Shown: positions 1 through 8,495 of the stretch, in pieces | Layout of the letters: every line of letters starts with the position of its first letter | Position numbering within the stretch: position 1 is the first letter of the stretch | DNA from: Pseudomonadota bacterium | GTDB taxonomy: Bacteria; Desulfobacterota; Desulfobacteria; Desulfobacterales; JBDRRP01 | Length of the DNA stretch: 20,000 nt | Assembly: GCA_043825735.1 (NCBI GenBank) | Contig: JBDRRP010000075.1 | Span: 59,946 to 79,945 of the forward strand | Reading direction: 5' to 3' | The notes under the pieces: model-generated | What the model was told of the DNA's origin: nothing | Seen by the model: the letters and a program-made list of their open reading frames with translations, nothing else | The model's database searches: none | Translations under genes and position numbers: made by a program

Positions 1-159
1 TGCGCCGGCGGCAGTATGTAGGCGCCTTTTGGTGGCGGGGCCGAAAAAGAGGATGCCTGCGACGCCAAAGACAGCTAAAAAACAATAATTTCGTTGATAA
101 TACCGATAGGTACTAAACGGCCTCAGGGTTTTCTGACCGCTATCGAAAGCCAAAAGTGA

Positions 160-260
160 CTCGCGCAGAGACGCTGAGGCGCGGAGAAAAGCATTTGCAT
201 TACACTCACGGCGCGAAAGCGCCCTATCAAAATCTCAGCGCCTCTGGGTCTCTGCGCGAG
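160..260. repeat. Inverted repeat element with ~9-nt periodic arms (CGCAGAG-type) and an internal GNRA hairpin
   Basis: Left arm ctcgcgcagagacgctgaggcgcggaga (160-187) matches the reverse complement of the right arm (233-260) at 25/28 positions. Inner hairpin GGCGC-GAAA-GCGCC at 210-223. Confidence 0.85.
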
Positions 261-282
261 AATGCGGTTCAGCAGTTGATTT

Positions 283-2433
283 TTATTGATCGCCGGAAAC
301 CGGGAAGTAGTACACCATGGGGGAGAAGTCGACCGGCCAGGTGGTTTTGATTCGGTTGACGCCGTTTTCGAACACTAGGGTAGAGTACTTGCCGTAGTGG
401 GTAATCTTGGGCAGAGCCGCATCTGCCGCGGCTTTCGAGAGCGGGAAAAACAAGGCGGCGATCTTGCCTTCCGTAACGGGATGCTGAAACACACAAAACA
501 TGGCATCTCCGCTCTGGTCAAAAGACTCGCCCTCGACCGTAAACCCGTCTTTCGCCAGCGTGATGGTTTCCGGCAGCACGCTGATCAAATGCTTCTGTGA
601 AGGCACACCCAAAAAAAGAACATCTTTTCCGGCAAGCCCGACCTCCCCGATCCGCGTTTCCTCAATAACCTCACCCGCGGCCACTCCCAGCGAAGTCAAC
701 AGCGTCCCGATAATCTTCGCAGCCGCTGTCCGCCACCGCGCGGCTACCACCACCAAAAGGTCCCCGCTGGCCTTGACGGTATTCACCGTCGGCGGCACTT
801 CGGCCCACACTAGACGGCGGAACACATCAACGCCAGGGTCCATGACGATCTTGCCGGGTATCTGCGCCGTCACGGCGTGAAACGGTGTCTCGGCACCGGC
901 TACCGCCATTGACCGCTGGATGCGCTCCCCCCCCTCGGTTAAGATCGTCATCTCCATGGTGAGTCCATAGGCGGGGCGAGATTGGAGAATACTGCCGTCG
1001 ACCCGGTAGGCGCCCCCTTCCGGACGCACCGTAACCGCTCCGAACGCAAAAGTCGGCGCGCCCGACCGGTTCACCCATTGATCAAAAAAGCCGTCCAGGT
1101 CCTGACCGGATTCGTGGGCGAATATGTGCCGGATATCATCCCAGGACGCCGGCCGAAAGCGCATCTCCGCATAGAAGCGCCGCAGCCCGTTCCAAAAATG
1201 CGTTTCCCCGACCTGTTCTCTGAGCATGTGAAATACCATGGCGCCCTTGTCGTAGCCGATCACCTTGGAAATGTTGTCGGTCCGGCGGTGGAACCGGCTC
1301 AGGGGAAAATCCGCTTCAGGGGGAACCAACGCGGCGTAGTTGCGCAGCCACTCGCGCCGATAGTCCCGCGCCTCTGCCCCGTCGACCAGTTCCTTATAAA
1401 GATGCTCAGCCACATAGGTGGTCAACCCTTCGCTCCAGTTACCCGAGTCCGGAGCGACGAAAACCCCGTTCCCCCACCAGCAATGGGCGATTTCGTGCCC
1501 CAGACTGGTGGATGGAATAAAGGGTAGATTCAGCACCCGGGTTCCCATCAGCGTCCAGGAAGGAAATCCGTAGCCGGTGGGAAAGAAATTTTCCACAACG
1601 GCGAATTTCTCGAAAGGGTAAGGTCCGAACCGGTTCTGGTAAAGTTCGATAAAGCGCCGGGAGGCCGCAAGGTAGGTCTCGGCCAAGTGTGCACTCTGTG
1701 GCAACAGATACGCATACAGCGCCACTGCTCCGGTACGGCCTTCAGCGATCTGATAGTGGGCTGCCGAAAGGCTTATCGGCCCCACCGGTGCGGTGATCTC
1801 CCACTGCGAGCGGGTCCGGCCGCCGTCCGTAAGGTGGCCGATCCGACGGCCGGCGGTGACGGCCAAAAGCCCCTCGGGCCCGGTCACCGTCAGATGGATG
1901 ATCTGGGGATGGGAGGTGTCCAGCACCGGGTACCACCCGGCCCCGCCCATCAGAAACACCCCATCGGCGCCGATCGCAGCGCTGACACCATAGCCCGGGT
2001 TGTCCGTGTTAAGCGGCATCACCGGAACCGGATCGTCAAACACGGCGGCATAGTCGATGGTGATTCTGGCAAGGCTGCCGCCCGGCAACAGCGGTGGCTT
2101 ATCGGTCACCGTGAGCCGCCCATCTTCAAATCGATAGGCCGCCGGCCGGTCATTGAGGGTGACCCGGGAGACAACGGCCCCGACGGAAAGTCTAAATACC
2201 GCCGTGGCCGCGGCCGGCAAAGCGATGACAGCCGTGCCATCCAGTCGCGACTTGGCGGGCTCGAGGACGATATCCAGGGTACTCTGAATCGCCGCTTCGT
2301 CACCGGTTGCCGCAGATACCGATGGTGCACTGCCCGCTATCAGTACGGCAACGACCAGTCCCAACGCCCAAGGCCGCAGCGCGGATCTGATAATCTGGCG
2401 CATCGCCGGGTAGGGTCGCATCATTACCGCCAT
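283..2433 (-). CDS. Secreted M1-family (aminopeptidase N-like) zinc metallopeptidase
   Basis: 716-aa ORF with a hydrophobic signal peptide (WALGLVVAVLIAGSAPSVSA), zinc motif HEIAH followed by NWSEGLTTY, and YDKGAMVFHMLR. Start could be a later Met (2424 or 2403). Confidence 0.9.
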   Translation of the reverse strand: MAVMMRPYPAMRQIIRSALRPWALGLVVAVLIAGSAPSVSAATGDEAAIQSTLDIVLEPAKSRLDGTAVIALPAAATAVFRLSVGAVVSRVTLNDRPAAYRFEDGRLTVTDKPPLLPGGSLARITIDYAAVFDDPVPVMPLNTDNPGYGVSAAIGADGVFLMGGAGWYPVLDTSHPQIIHLTVTGPEGLLAVTAGRRIGHLTDGGRTRSQWEITAPVGPISLSAAHYQIAEGRTGAVALYAYLLPQSAHLAETYLAASRRFIELYQNRFGPYPFEKFAVVENFFPTGYGFPSWTLMGTRVLNLPFIPSTSLGHEIAHCWWGNGVFVAPDSGNWSEGLTTYVAEHLYKELVDGAEARDYRREWLRNYAALVPPEADFPLSRFHRRTDNISKVIGYDKGAMVFHMLREQVGETHFWNGLRRFYAEMRFRPASWDDIRHIFAHESGQDLDGFFDQWVNRSGAPTFAFGAVTVRPEGGAYRVDGSILQSRPAYGLTMEMTILTEGGERIQRSMAVAGAETPFHAVTAQIPGKIVMDPGVDVFRRLVWAEVPPTVNTVKASGDLLVVVAARWRTAAAKIIGTLLTSLGVAAGEVIEETRIGEVGLAGKDVLFLGVPSQKHLISVLPETITLAKDGFTVEGESFDQSGDAMFCVFQHPVTEGKIAALFFPLSKAAADAALPKITHYGKYSTLVFENGVNRIKTTWPVDFSPMVYYFPVSGDQ

Positions 2434-2439
2434 TTTAAT

Positions 2440-2483
2440 TACATAATTGTATTGTAAAAAATATCGTCATACAAATTTGTATG
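2440..2483. promoter_or_regulatory. Putative tandem upstream activator sites (TACA-N4-TGTA) for a sigma54 enhancer-binding protein
   Basis: TACATAATTGTA (2440-2451) and perfect palindrome CATACAAATTTGTATG (2468-2483), 30 bp apart, about 105-145 bp upstream of the -24 element. Confidence 0.55.
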
Positions 2484-2585
2484 CTCCATTGCACTCCAGA
2501 TACTGAGTTCGGCGCCCCGGAGCTGAAATATTTTCATCAGTTATTCCTGAAGCTTATCATCATTTCGGCAGCGATTCGCTGACGA

Positions 2586-2601
2586 TGGCACACCCATTGC
2601 T
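2586..2601 (+). promoter_or_regulatory. Sigma54 (-24/-12) promoter of amt
   Basis: TGGCAC-ACCCA-TTGCT is an exact TGGCAC-N5-TTGCW match with GG-N10-GC spacing, about 115 bp upstream of a nitrogen-uptake gene. Confidence 0.85.
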
Positions 2602-2716
2602 CATAACCCAAACCAGAAACACGGCGCTGCCATTTGAACGGCAGACTTGAGAGTACAACAGGTTACGGCTTGAATCCATCATATTAACTGCATTCAGGTA
2701 GAGGCGAGGTGACAAA

Positions 2717-4126
2717 ATGAAAAGCGTTATTGCGACACTGTTGATTGTGCTGATCAGCACGGGAATCTGTTTTGCCGGCGACGAGCCGCCCACGGCGATC
2801 TCCAACAAGGAAGCCATCGATCTCGTTCAGACCCATGCCAACTTTTTGTGGACCCTGGTCGCGGCGGCACTGGTGTTCTTCATGCAAGCCGGATTCGCCA
2901 TGGTAGAGGCCGGCTTCACCCGCGCCAAGAACGCCGTCAACATCATGATGAAAAACCTCATGGATTTTTCCATGGGCTCGCTGGCCTACTGGGCCATCGG
3001 TTTCGGCCTCATGTTCGGGGCCACCACCACCGGATGGTTCGGCACGACGGACTTTTTTCTCAGCGGTTTCACAGGCGAGGGGACCGAGTGGGTTCTGGCC
3101 TTCTGGATGTTCCAGGTCGTCTTTGCCGCCACGGCCGCCACCATCGTCTCCGGCGCCATGGCCGAGCGGACCAAATTCAGCGGCTACCTGATCTACAGTT
3201 TCTTTATCAGCGCCTTCATCTACCCCATCTTCGGCAGCTGGGCCTGGGGGAGTCTGCTCAACGGTGGCGGCTGGCTGGAAGGCTTCGGCTTCATCGATTT
3301 TGCCGGTTCCACCGTGGTTCACTCCGTGGGCGGCTGGTGCGCACTGGCCGGCGCCATCGTGCTGGGGCCCCGCATCGGCAAGTACACCAAAGACGGCAAA
3401 ATTCGCCCCATCTTAGGCCACAACATCCCGCTGGCCGCCCTGGGCGTCTTCATCCTGTGGCTGGGCTGGTTCGGGTTCAATCCCGGCTCCACGACCACGG
3501 CTGACAAATCCATCGCCATGATTTTCGTAAACACCAACCTGTCCGCCGCCGCCGGCTGCGTCATGGCCATGGCCGTCTCCTGGCTCATGTTCGGAAAGCC
3601 TGAAGTGGGCATGAGCCTCAACGGCGCCCTGGCCGGCCTGGTGGCCGTCACGGCGGGCTGCGCCAATGTAACTCCCACCAGTTCCATCATCCTCGGCGCC
3701 ATCGCCGGCGTGATCGTGGTCTACTCGGTGCTCTTTTTCGATAAAATCAAGATCGACGATCCGGTCGGTGCCGTCAGCGTACACGGCGTCTGCGGCGCCT
3801 GGGGCACCCTGGCCGCCGGCATCTTCGACATGGGCGGGTTCTCCATAAAGGTGGTGGGCGTGCAGCTCTTAGGCATCGGCGCCTGCTTTCTGTTTGTCTT
3901 TCCCATGGCCTACCTTCTTTTCAAGGCGATCAATGCGACCATCGGTCTGCGGGTCTCCCCTGAAGAGGAAATGGAAGGCCTGGATATCGTGGAGCATGGC
4001 GGCAGCGCCTATCCGGATTTCGAAATCTCCAGCACCTCGGCCGGCCCCGGCGGTTTCGGCGGCGGCATGAGCGGCACGAGCCCGGTGACATCCATGAGCG
4101 CCTTTCCGGGCATGGAAACAAGCTGA
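2717..4126 (+). CDS. amtB: Ammonium transporter (Amt/AmtB family)
   Basis: 469 aa; FFMQAGFAMVEAG, DFAGSTVVHSVGG, GWFGFNPGS and DDPVGAVSVHG (twin-His) motifs; RBS GAGGTG upstream of ATG. Confidence 0.97.
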   Translation: MKSVIATLLIVLISTGICFAGDEPPTAISNKEAIDLVQTHANFLWTLVAAALVFFMQAGFAMVEAGFTRAKNAVNIMMKNLMDFSMGSLAYWAIGFGLMFGATTTGWFGTTDFFLSGFTGEGTEWVLAFWMFQVVFAATAATIVSGAMAERTKFSGYLIYSFFISAFIYPIFGSWAWGSLLNGGGWLEGFGFIDFAGSTVVHSVGGWCALAGAIVLGPRIGKYTKDGKIRPILGHNIPLAALGVFILWLGWFGFNPGSTTTADKSIAMIFVNTNLSAAAGCVMAMAVSWLMFGKPEVGMSLNGALAGLVAVTAGCANVTPTSSIILGAIAGVIVVYSVLFFDKIKIDDPVGAVSVHGVCGAWGTLAAGIFDMGGFSIKVVGVQLLGIGACFLFVFPMAYLLFKAINATIGLRVSPEEEMEGLDIVEHGGSAYPDFEISSTSAGPGGFGGGMSGTSPVTSMSAFPGMETS

Positions 4127-4153
4127 TATTACACCAAGGCCCTCTCCCTGACC

Positions 4154-4212
4154 GGGGGCCGTGCCCAAGGGATCCCTCCCTCTCCCACGGGCATGGCCCC
4201 CTTCCTTCCTTA
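4154..4212 (+). terminator. Long GC-rich hairpin after amt, probable terminator or stabiliser
   Basis: GGGGGCCGTGCCC-aa-GGGA ... TCCC-ac-GGGCATGGCCCCC followed by a pyrimidine run (ttccttcctt) rather than a clean U tract. Confidence 0.55.
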
Positions 4213-4354
4213 AGAAGCCGAACACTCCGATGCGAATCCTCCAGCAGCGCGCGTAGTCGTAGCAATGCGTATGGATTGCCAAGGCTCAATATTCAACGTG
4301 CAACAAAGCGCCCGTCGGGGCATCTCAAATGGGCACCGGGAATCATGAAATCGC

Positions 4355-4480
4355 GTAGGGTGCGGGGTTTACCTGTCCGCAGTAGCCTTGGCGAAGGCTG
4401 ATCCCCGCCCGTGATCGGGTGAACACAAACGCTTGGGGTAATCTTTGCGAGTTGCGGGAGGGGATGAACCCTTCTCCTAC
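4355..4480. repeat. Pair of inverted GTAG-type REP sequences, the left one interrupted by a 30-nt insertion
   Basis: GTAGGGTGCGGGGTTTA[4372-4401]TCCCCGCCC and the inverted partner CGGGAGGGGATGAACCCTTCTCCTAC (4455-4480), between convergent amt and metW. Confidence 0.75.
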
Positions 4481-4526
4481 GAAACAGCCGTAATGTTATC
4501 TTGAGAATCTTGCATAGCTGAGCCGT

Positions 4527-5150
4527 CTAACGCCGCGTAATAACAAAAAGCCCGATGTGGGCGAAGGCGTTGGCGAAAAGACGGGCCGCGGGAAACCGGC
4601 GCCAACCGGAAAACATGAGGTATTCCTCCTTGACGATACGGATGCCTTCCCGCTCGCAGGTGGCCGTGAAATCGCGGATGGTGAGAACGCGGATATTGGG
4701 GGTGTCGTGCCAGTCGAAAGGCAGTGCCGGCGATTTGGGGGCCCGCCCCTTGAAGAACAATTCGGCCCGAAGGCTCCAGAAGCCGAAATTGGGGAAGCCG
4801 ACGATGCCGAAACGCCCGATCCGAAGCATTTCGCGGATCACCATCAGCGGCTTTTTGACGACCTGGAGTGTCTGGTTAAGGATGACATAATCGTAAGAAC
4901 TATCCGGGAAGTCGACGAGCCCTTCGTCCAGGTCGGCGTGATAGATGGACAGCCCATGGGCCAGACCGTCCGTCAGCGCACGCCCGTCGATGTCAACCCC
5001 CAGGCCCACCACGGATTTTCGGCGCACCAGGTCACCCAAAAGGCGGCAGTCCCCGCAGCCCAGATCCAGCACACGGGCTCCCGGCGGGACCATGGAAAAA
5101 ATGAGATCGCTGTCGGTGCGGTTGAGTGTATCGATGTAGTGTCGGTTCAT
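4527..5150 (-). CDS. metW: Methionine biosynthesis protein MetW (class I SAM-methyltransferase fold)
   Basis: 207 aa; RVLDLGCGD, DLDEGL..FPD.SYDYVILNQTLQ, FPNFG and WHDTPNIR motifs; ATGA overlap with the metX stop. Confidence 0.93.
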   Translation of the reverse strand: MNRHYIDTLNRTDSDLIFSMVPPGARVLDLGCGDCRLLGDLVRRKSVVGLGVDIDGRALTDGLAHGLSIYHADLDEGLVDFPDSSYDYVILNQTLQVVKKPLMVIREMLRIGRFGIVGFPNFGFWSLRAELFFKGRAPKSPALPFDWHDTPNIRVLTIRDFTATCEREGIRIVKEEYLMFSGWRRFPAARLFANAFAHIGLFVITRR

Positions 5151-6307
5151 AACGCGCCGCCTTCCGGTCCGGGGGCGCTTGCCGCCGCCCCGTCGAGAAA
5201 ATGTGTCACGATCCGGGCCAGCCGCGCCACCTCTATGAGAAACGCGTCATGGCCGTGGGGGCTGTCGATCTCGATAAAGCTCACCCCTTTGCGGTTGGTG
5301 AGCAGCGCACGCACGACGTCCTTGGTGGCCGCCGTGGGAAACAGCCAGTCGGAGCTGTAGGTGACGAACAGATACCGGGCCTCGGCAGCGGCGAAGGCCT
5401 GCTTCAGCGGACCGTAGGTACGGGTGAGATCGAAGTAGTCCATGGCCTTGGTGATGTAGAGATAGCTGTTGGCGTCGAAGCGCTGGGTGAAGCTGCTGCC
5501 CTGGTGCTTGAGATAGGATTCCACGGCGAATTCGTTGGAAAAATCATAGCTCAACCGGTCCGCCGACTGAAGACGACGGCCGAACTTGGCGTCCATATGA
5601 TGCTCCGAGAGGTAGGTGATGTGAGCCACCATCCGGGCCACGGCCAGGCCCTGCACCGGGCCTTCCCCGTCGTAGTACTGGCCGTTTTGCCACCGAAGGT
5701 CCTGGGTAATTGCATTTCTGCCCACGGCATTGAAGCCGATTCCTTGGGCCGAGAGCCGCGGCGCCGAAGCGATGCACACCGCCGAGGCCACTGCCTCCGG
5801 GTAGCGCAGTGTCCACTCCAGCACCTGAAAACCGCCCATGGAGCCTCCGGCGACGCACAGCAGGCGGCCGACACCCAGATGATCCATCAGTCGTCTTTGC
5901 ACCCTCACCATGTCGCCGATGGTGATGATGGGAAAATCGATGCCGTAGGGACGGCCGGTGGCCGGATTATCGCTTCCCGGCCCGGTGGAGCCCTTGCACC
6001 CGCCGATGATGTTGGAGCAGATGACCCAATAGCGCCGCGTGTCAAATGCTTTTCCCGGCCCGATCATGGCGTCCCACCAACCGAAACGTTTGTCATGCGT
6101 GCCGTGAAAACCGGCGGCATGCGCGTCACCGGACAGGGCATGGCAGACCAGGACCGCATTGGAGCGGTCCGCGTTGGGCTCCCCGTAGGTCTCGAAGGCC
6201 ACGTCCACCGGGCCCAGCGTTTCGCCGGACTCCAGCACCAGGGGCTCGGCTTGCGTGGCCACCTGAACATGCTGCGTCGTAACACGCCCTACACTGTGTT
6301 GGTCCAT
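5147..6307 (-). CDS. metX: Homoserine O-acyltransferase MetX (probably acetyl-CoA type)
   Basis: 386 aa; CHALSGDAH, NIIGGCKGSTG, nucleophile GGSMGG, RFDANSY and HGHDAFL motifs. Confidence 0.96.
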   Translation of the reverse strand: MDQHSVGRVTTQHVQVATQAEPLVLESGETLGPVDVAFETYGEPNADRSNAVLVCHALSGDAHAAGFHGTHDKRFGWWDAMIGPGKAFDTRRYWVICSNIIGGCKGSTGPGSDNPATGRPYGIDFPIITIGDMVRVQRRLMDHLGVGRLLCVAGGSMGGFQVLEWTLRYPEAVASAVCIASAPRLSAQGIGFNAVGRNAITQDLRWQNGQYYDGEGPVQGLAVARMVAHITYLSEHHMDAKFGRRLQSADRLSYDFSNEFAVESYLKHQGSSFTQRFDANSYLYITKAMDYFDLTRTYGPLKQAFAAAEARYLFVTYSSDWLFPTAATKDVVRALLTNRKGVSFIEIDSPHGHDAFLIEVARLARIVTHFLDGAAASAPGPEGGAL

Positions 6308-6383
6308 CGATGCCTCATAATACTTTTATAGAAATACACTCTGCTCAAGTGAATCGAAGCGCTCCGATTAGAAACCTGAAATC

Positions 6384-6458
6384 ACCACAGAGGGCACAGA
6401 GAGCGCAGAGATAACGTATTTTGAAATATTCTCTGCGGCCCTCTGCGCTCTCTGTGGT
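6384..6458. repeat. Inverted repeat with 9-nt periodic arms (same family as 160-260)
   Basis: accacagag-ggcacagag-agcgcagag (6384-6410) versus ctctgcggcc-ctctgcgct-ctctgtggt (6431-6458), within the metY-metX spacer. Confidence 0.85.
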
Positions 6459-6514
6459 TCAAAATCACTTTTCCGGGCATCAAGATCCGATACTAAATGC
6501 GGCGTCGCCACACG

Positions 6515-7813
6515 TCAGACCGTGCACGCCACCCCCGTCTCCAGCGCATAATCCAAATCGGCGATGATATCGGCCACATCCTCGATGCCGATGGAAAGCC
6601 GGATAAAGTCCGGCGTCACCCCGGCGGCCTCCTGCTCGGTGGCGCTGAGCTGCTCGTGGGTCGTGGAGGCCGGATGGATGACCAGGCTTTTGGCGTCGCC
6701 GATATTGGCCAGGTGGCTGAAAAGGCGTACACTCTCGATAAACTTCACGGCCGCCGCCCGCCCGCCGCGGATGCCATAACCCACTAGTGCGCCCTGCCCC
6801 CGGGGCAGGTACTTCTCTGTCAGGTGCGCCGTGGGCGAAGAAGTTAGACCGGGATATCGCACCCACGATACGCAGGAGTGCTTCTCCAGATACCGGGCCA
6901 CGGCCAGGGCGTTTTCAGAGTGCCGGGCCATGCGCAGATGCAGGGTTTCCAGCCCCTGGAGAAAGAGCCAGGCGTTGAACGGGCTCATGGCCGCCCCCAT
7001 GTCCCGCAGACCGATGACACGAGCGCGCAGAATAAAGGCCATGTTGCCGAAGGTTTCCACGAACTTGAGCCCGTGATAGGCTGGCTCGGGGTCGACGAAG
7101 GATGAAAACCGCCCGGAGCCTGACCAGTCGAAAGTGCCCGAATCCACGATAACGCCGCCGATGGAGGTGCCGTGGCCGCCGATGAACTTGGTGGCCGAGT
7201 GAACGACGATGGCCGCGCCGAAGTCGAATGGTTTGAGCAGGTAGGGACTGGTCACGGTGCTATCAACAATGAGCGGCACCCCGTGGCGCCGTCCGATTTC
7301 GGCAATGCGTTCGATGTCGAGAATCTCCAGCTTCGGGTTGCCGATGGTCTCAACGAAAAACGCACGTGTGGCCGGGGTGACGGCCTTTTCCCAGGCATCG
7401 AAATCGTGGGGCGGCACAAAGCGGGTCGTAATCCCCAGGCGCTTCAGGGTATGGGCAAACAGACTCACGGTGCCACCGTAAAGATCGGTTGATGCAACGA
7501 TCTCGTCACCGGCCTGTGCCAGCGTGAGCACGGCGAGGGTCTCGGCCGCCTGACCCGATGCCACGGCCAGTGCCCCTACCCCGCCCTCCAGCACCGCCAT
7601 GCGCTTTTCAAAGGCATCGGTGGTGGGGTTCATGATCCGAGTGTAGATGTTTCCAAACCGCTTGAGCCCGAACAGATCGGCGGCATGGGCGGTGTCTTCG
7701 AAAGTAAACGATGTGGTCTGATAGAGGGGCACGGCCCGGGAATGGGTGTCGCTGTCCGGGGTGTGCCCGGCATGGATGGCCTGGGTGGCAAAGCCGGTGA
7801 ATTGATCGGTCAT
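6515..7813 (-). CDS. metY: O-acetylhomoserine aminocarboxypropyltransferase (sulfhydrylase), PLP-dependent
   Basis: GNIYTRIMNPT, HSATKFIGGHG (PLP lysine) and HLANIGDAKSLVIHPASTTH motifs. Start moved from 7870 to the ATG at 7813, which has a strong GGAGGT RBS. Confidence 0.95.
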   Translation of the reverse strand: MTDQFTGFATQAIHAGHTPDSDTHSRAVPLYQTTSFTFEDTAHAADLFGLKRFGNIYTRIMNPTTDAFEKRMAVLEGGVGALAVASGQAAETLAVLTLAQAGDEIVASTDLYGGTVSLFAHTLKRLGITTRFVPPHDFDAWEKAVTPATRAFFVETIGNPKLEILDIERIAEIGRRHGVPLIVDSTVTSPYLLKPFDFGAAIVVHSATKFIGGHGTSIGGVIVDSGTFDWSGSGRFSSFVDPEPAYHGLKFVETFGNMAFILRARVIGLRDMGAAMSPFNAWLFLQGLETLHLRMARHSENALAVARYLEKHSCVSWVRYPGLTSSPTAHLTEKYLPRGQGALVGYGIRGGRAAAVKFIESVRLFSHLANIGDAKSLVIHPASTTHEQLSATEQEAAGVTPDFIRLSIGIEDVADIIADLDYALETGVACTV

Positions 7814-7861
7814 ATAAGGTACCTCCGTTTTCCTGCCGCGCTCTTTGGCCGGTTTAGGCAA

Positions 7862-8199
7862 AGGGTTCAAGGGGTCGAGGGGTCAAGGGGTCAAGGGTAA
7901 AACGACAGAAAAAAACCTGGCAGCCATCTAAAAAGTCAATTTATTTCCTTTTTCGTCATCCCGGCGAAGGCCGGGATCCAGGTTCTTTAAGCAGTTCCGG
8001 GCTCCCGCCTTCGCAGGAGTGACACGGCTGAAAACTGTTCATGTGTTCGTCAACTTTTCAGCGCCATGCATCACAGCAGGGCGCCGAGTTGCCGGTTGAT
8101 GGGTTTGGGGGTTCGCCGTTCACTCGAACCCTTGTCGCTGTTAAGCCGTATAGGCGCAACCCTCGACCCCTTGAACCCTGCCCTTTTCCTCGAACCCTC
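7862..8199. repeat. Nested palindromic repeat cluster in the metY leader
   Basis: 8-nt-unit repeats (AGGGGTCA/AGGGTTCA) give a perfect 20-bp inverted repeat (7862-7881 vs 8160-8179). They enclose AAAAGTC...ACTTTT ends and a GTCATCCCGGCGAAGGCCGGGATCCAG ... CTCCCGCCTTCGCAGGAGTGAC element (7955-8023). Confidence 0.85.
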
Positions 8200-8200
8200 T

Positions 8201-8234
8201 AAACAAAAAACCTCTCGCGATAATTCACGAGAGG
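8201..8234 (-). terminator. Intrinsic terminator, expression platform of the SAM-I riboswitch
   Basis: Minus strand CCTCTCGTGA-atta-TCGCGAGAGG followed by TTTTTTGTTT. Its 5' CCTC can alternatively pair with GAGG at the 3' end of P1 (antiterminator). Confidence 0.9.
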
Positions 8235-8258
8235 CATGCAAACCATTTGTCCGGTTGA

Positions 8259-8356
8259 CCTCATGTCTCCCGCTGCCGGGGGTCTGGATTTGGCACCTTG
8301 TGGTCAGGTTGCCGGGCGATCTCAGGGCCAGTTCCCTCACGCCGCTCTCCATGAAT
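8259..8356 (-). ncRNA. SAM-I (S-box) riboswitch aptamer
   Basis: Minus strand UUCAUG-GAGAGCGGCGUGAGGGAACUGGCCCUGAGAUCGCCC-GGCAACC...GGUGCC-AAAUCCAG...CCCG-GCAG-CGGG-AGA-CAUGAG. P1, P2, P3 (GCAACC/GGUGC), pseudoknot CUGG/CCAG and P4 are all present, upstream of met genes. Confidence 0.95.
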
Positions 8357-8369
8357 TATGGTGACGTAA

Positions 8370-8398
8370 ATGGTAGGGATTTGTCGGATCGTTGTCAA
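8370..8398 (-). promoter_or_regulatory. Sigma70 promoter of the met operon
   Basis: -35 TTGACA (8398-8393), 17-bp spacer, -10 TACCAT (8375-8370), immediately upstream of the riboswitch. Confidence 0.8.
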
Positions 8399-8495
8399 GG
8401 GTGGGGGGTATTCAATGTTATATTGGCGTTACAGGTCCTCGCTGAAGGTTCATAGAGAAGCGTGTTGTTTGTTTTACGGGCTCATCGATTATGTC

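Noticed and set aside
1..153. Possible N-terminus of a minus-strand gene running off the left edge (..YCFLAVFGVAGILFFG..)
   Set aside because: Signal-peptide-like stretch, but no convincing start or RBS and too little sequence to support a call.
2612..2716. amt 5' leader as a glutamine riboswitch or ANTAR dual-hairpin
   Set aside because: Only one small hairpin (ctgcc...ggcag) is visible and neither consensus is matched.
5201..6331. Long antisense ORFs (376 aa here; also 1687-2457, 4557-5360 and 17895-19013)
   Set aside because: Shadow frames opposite well-supported GC-rich genes.
7814..7870. 19-aa N-terminal extension of metY in the ORF track
   Set aside because: It begins inside the repeat cluster; the ATG at 7813 has a strong GGAGGT RBS.
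7862..7898. Tandem short repeats considered as a CRISPR array
   Set aside because: 8-nt units without unique spacers, and no cas genes.
8066..8455. ORFs of 129 aa (+) and 93 aa (-) over the met leader
   Set aside because: They overlap the SAM-I riboswitch, terminator and repeats and carry no recognisable protein motifs.
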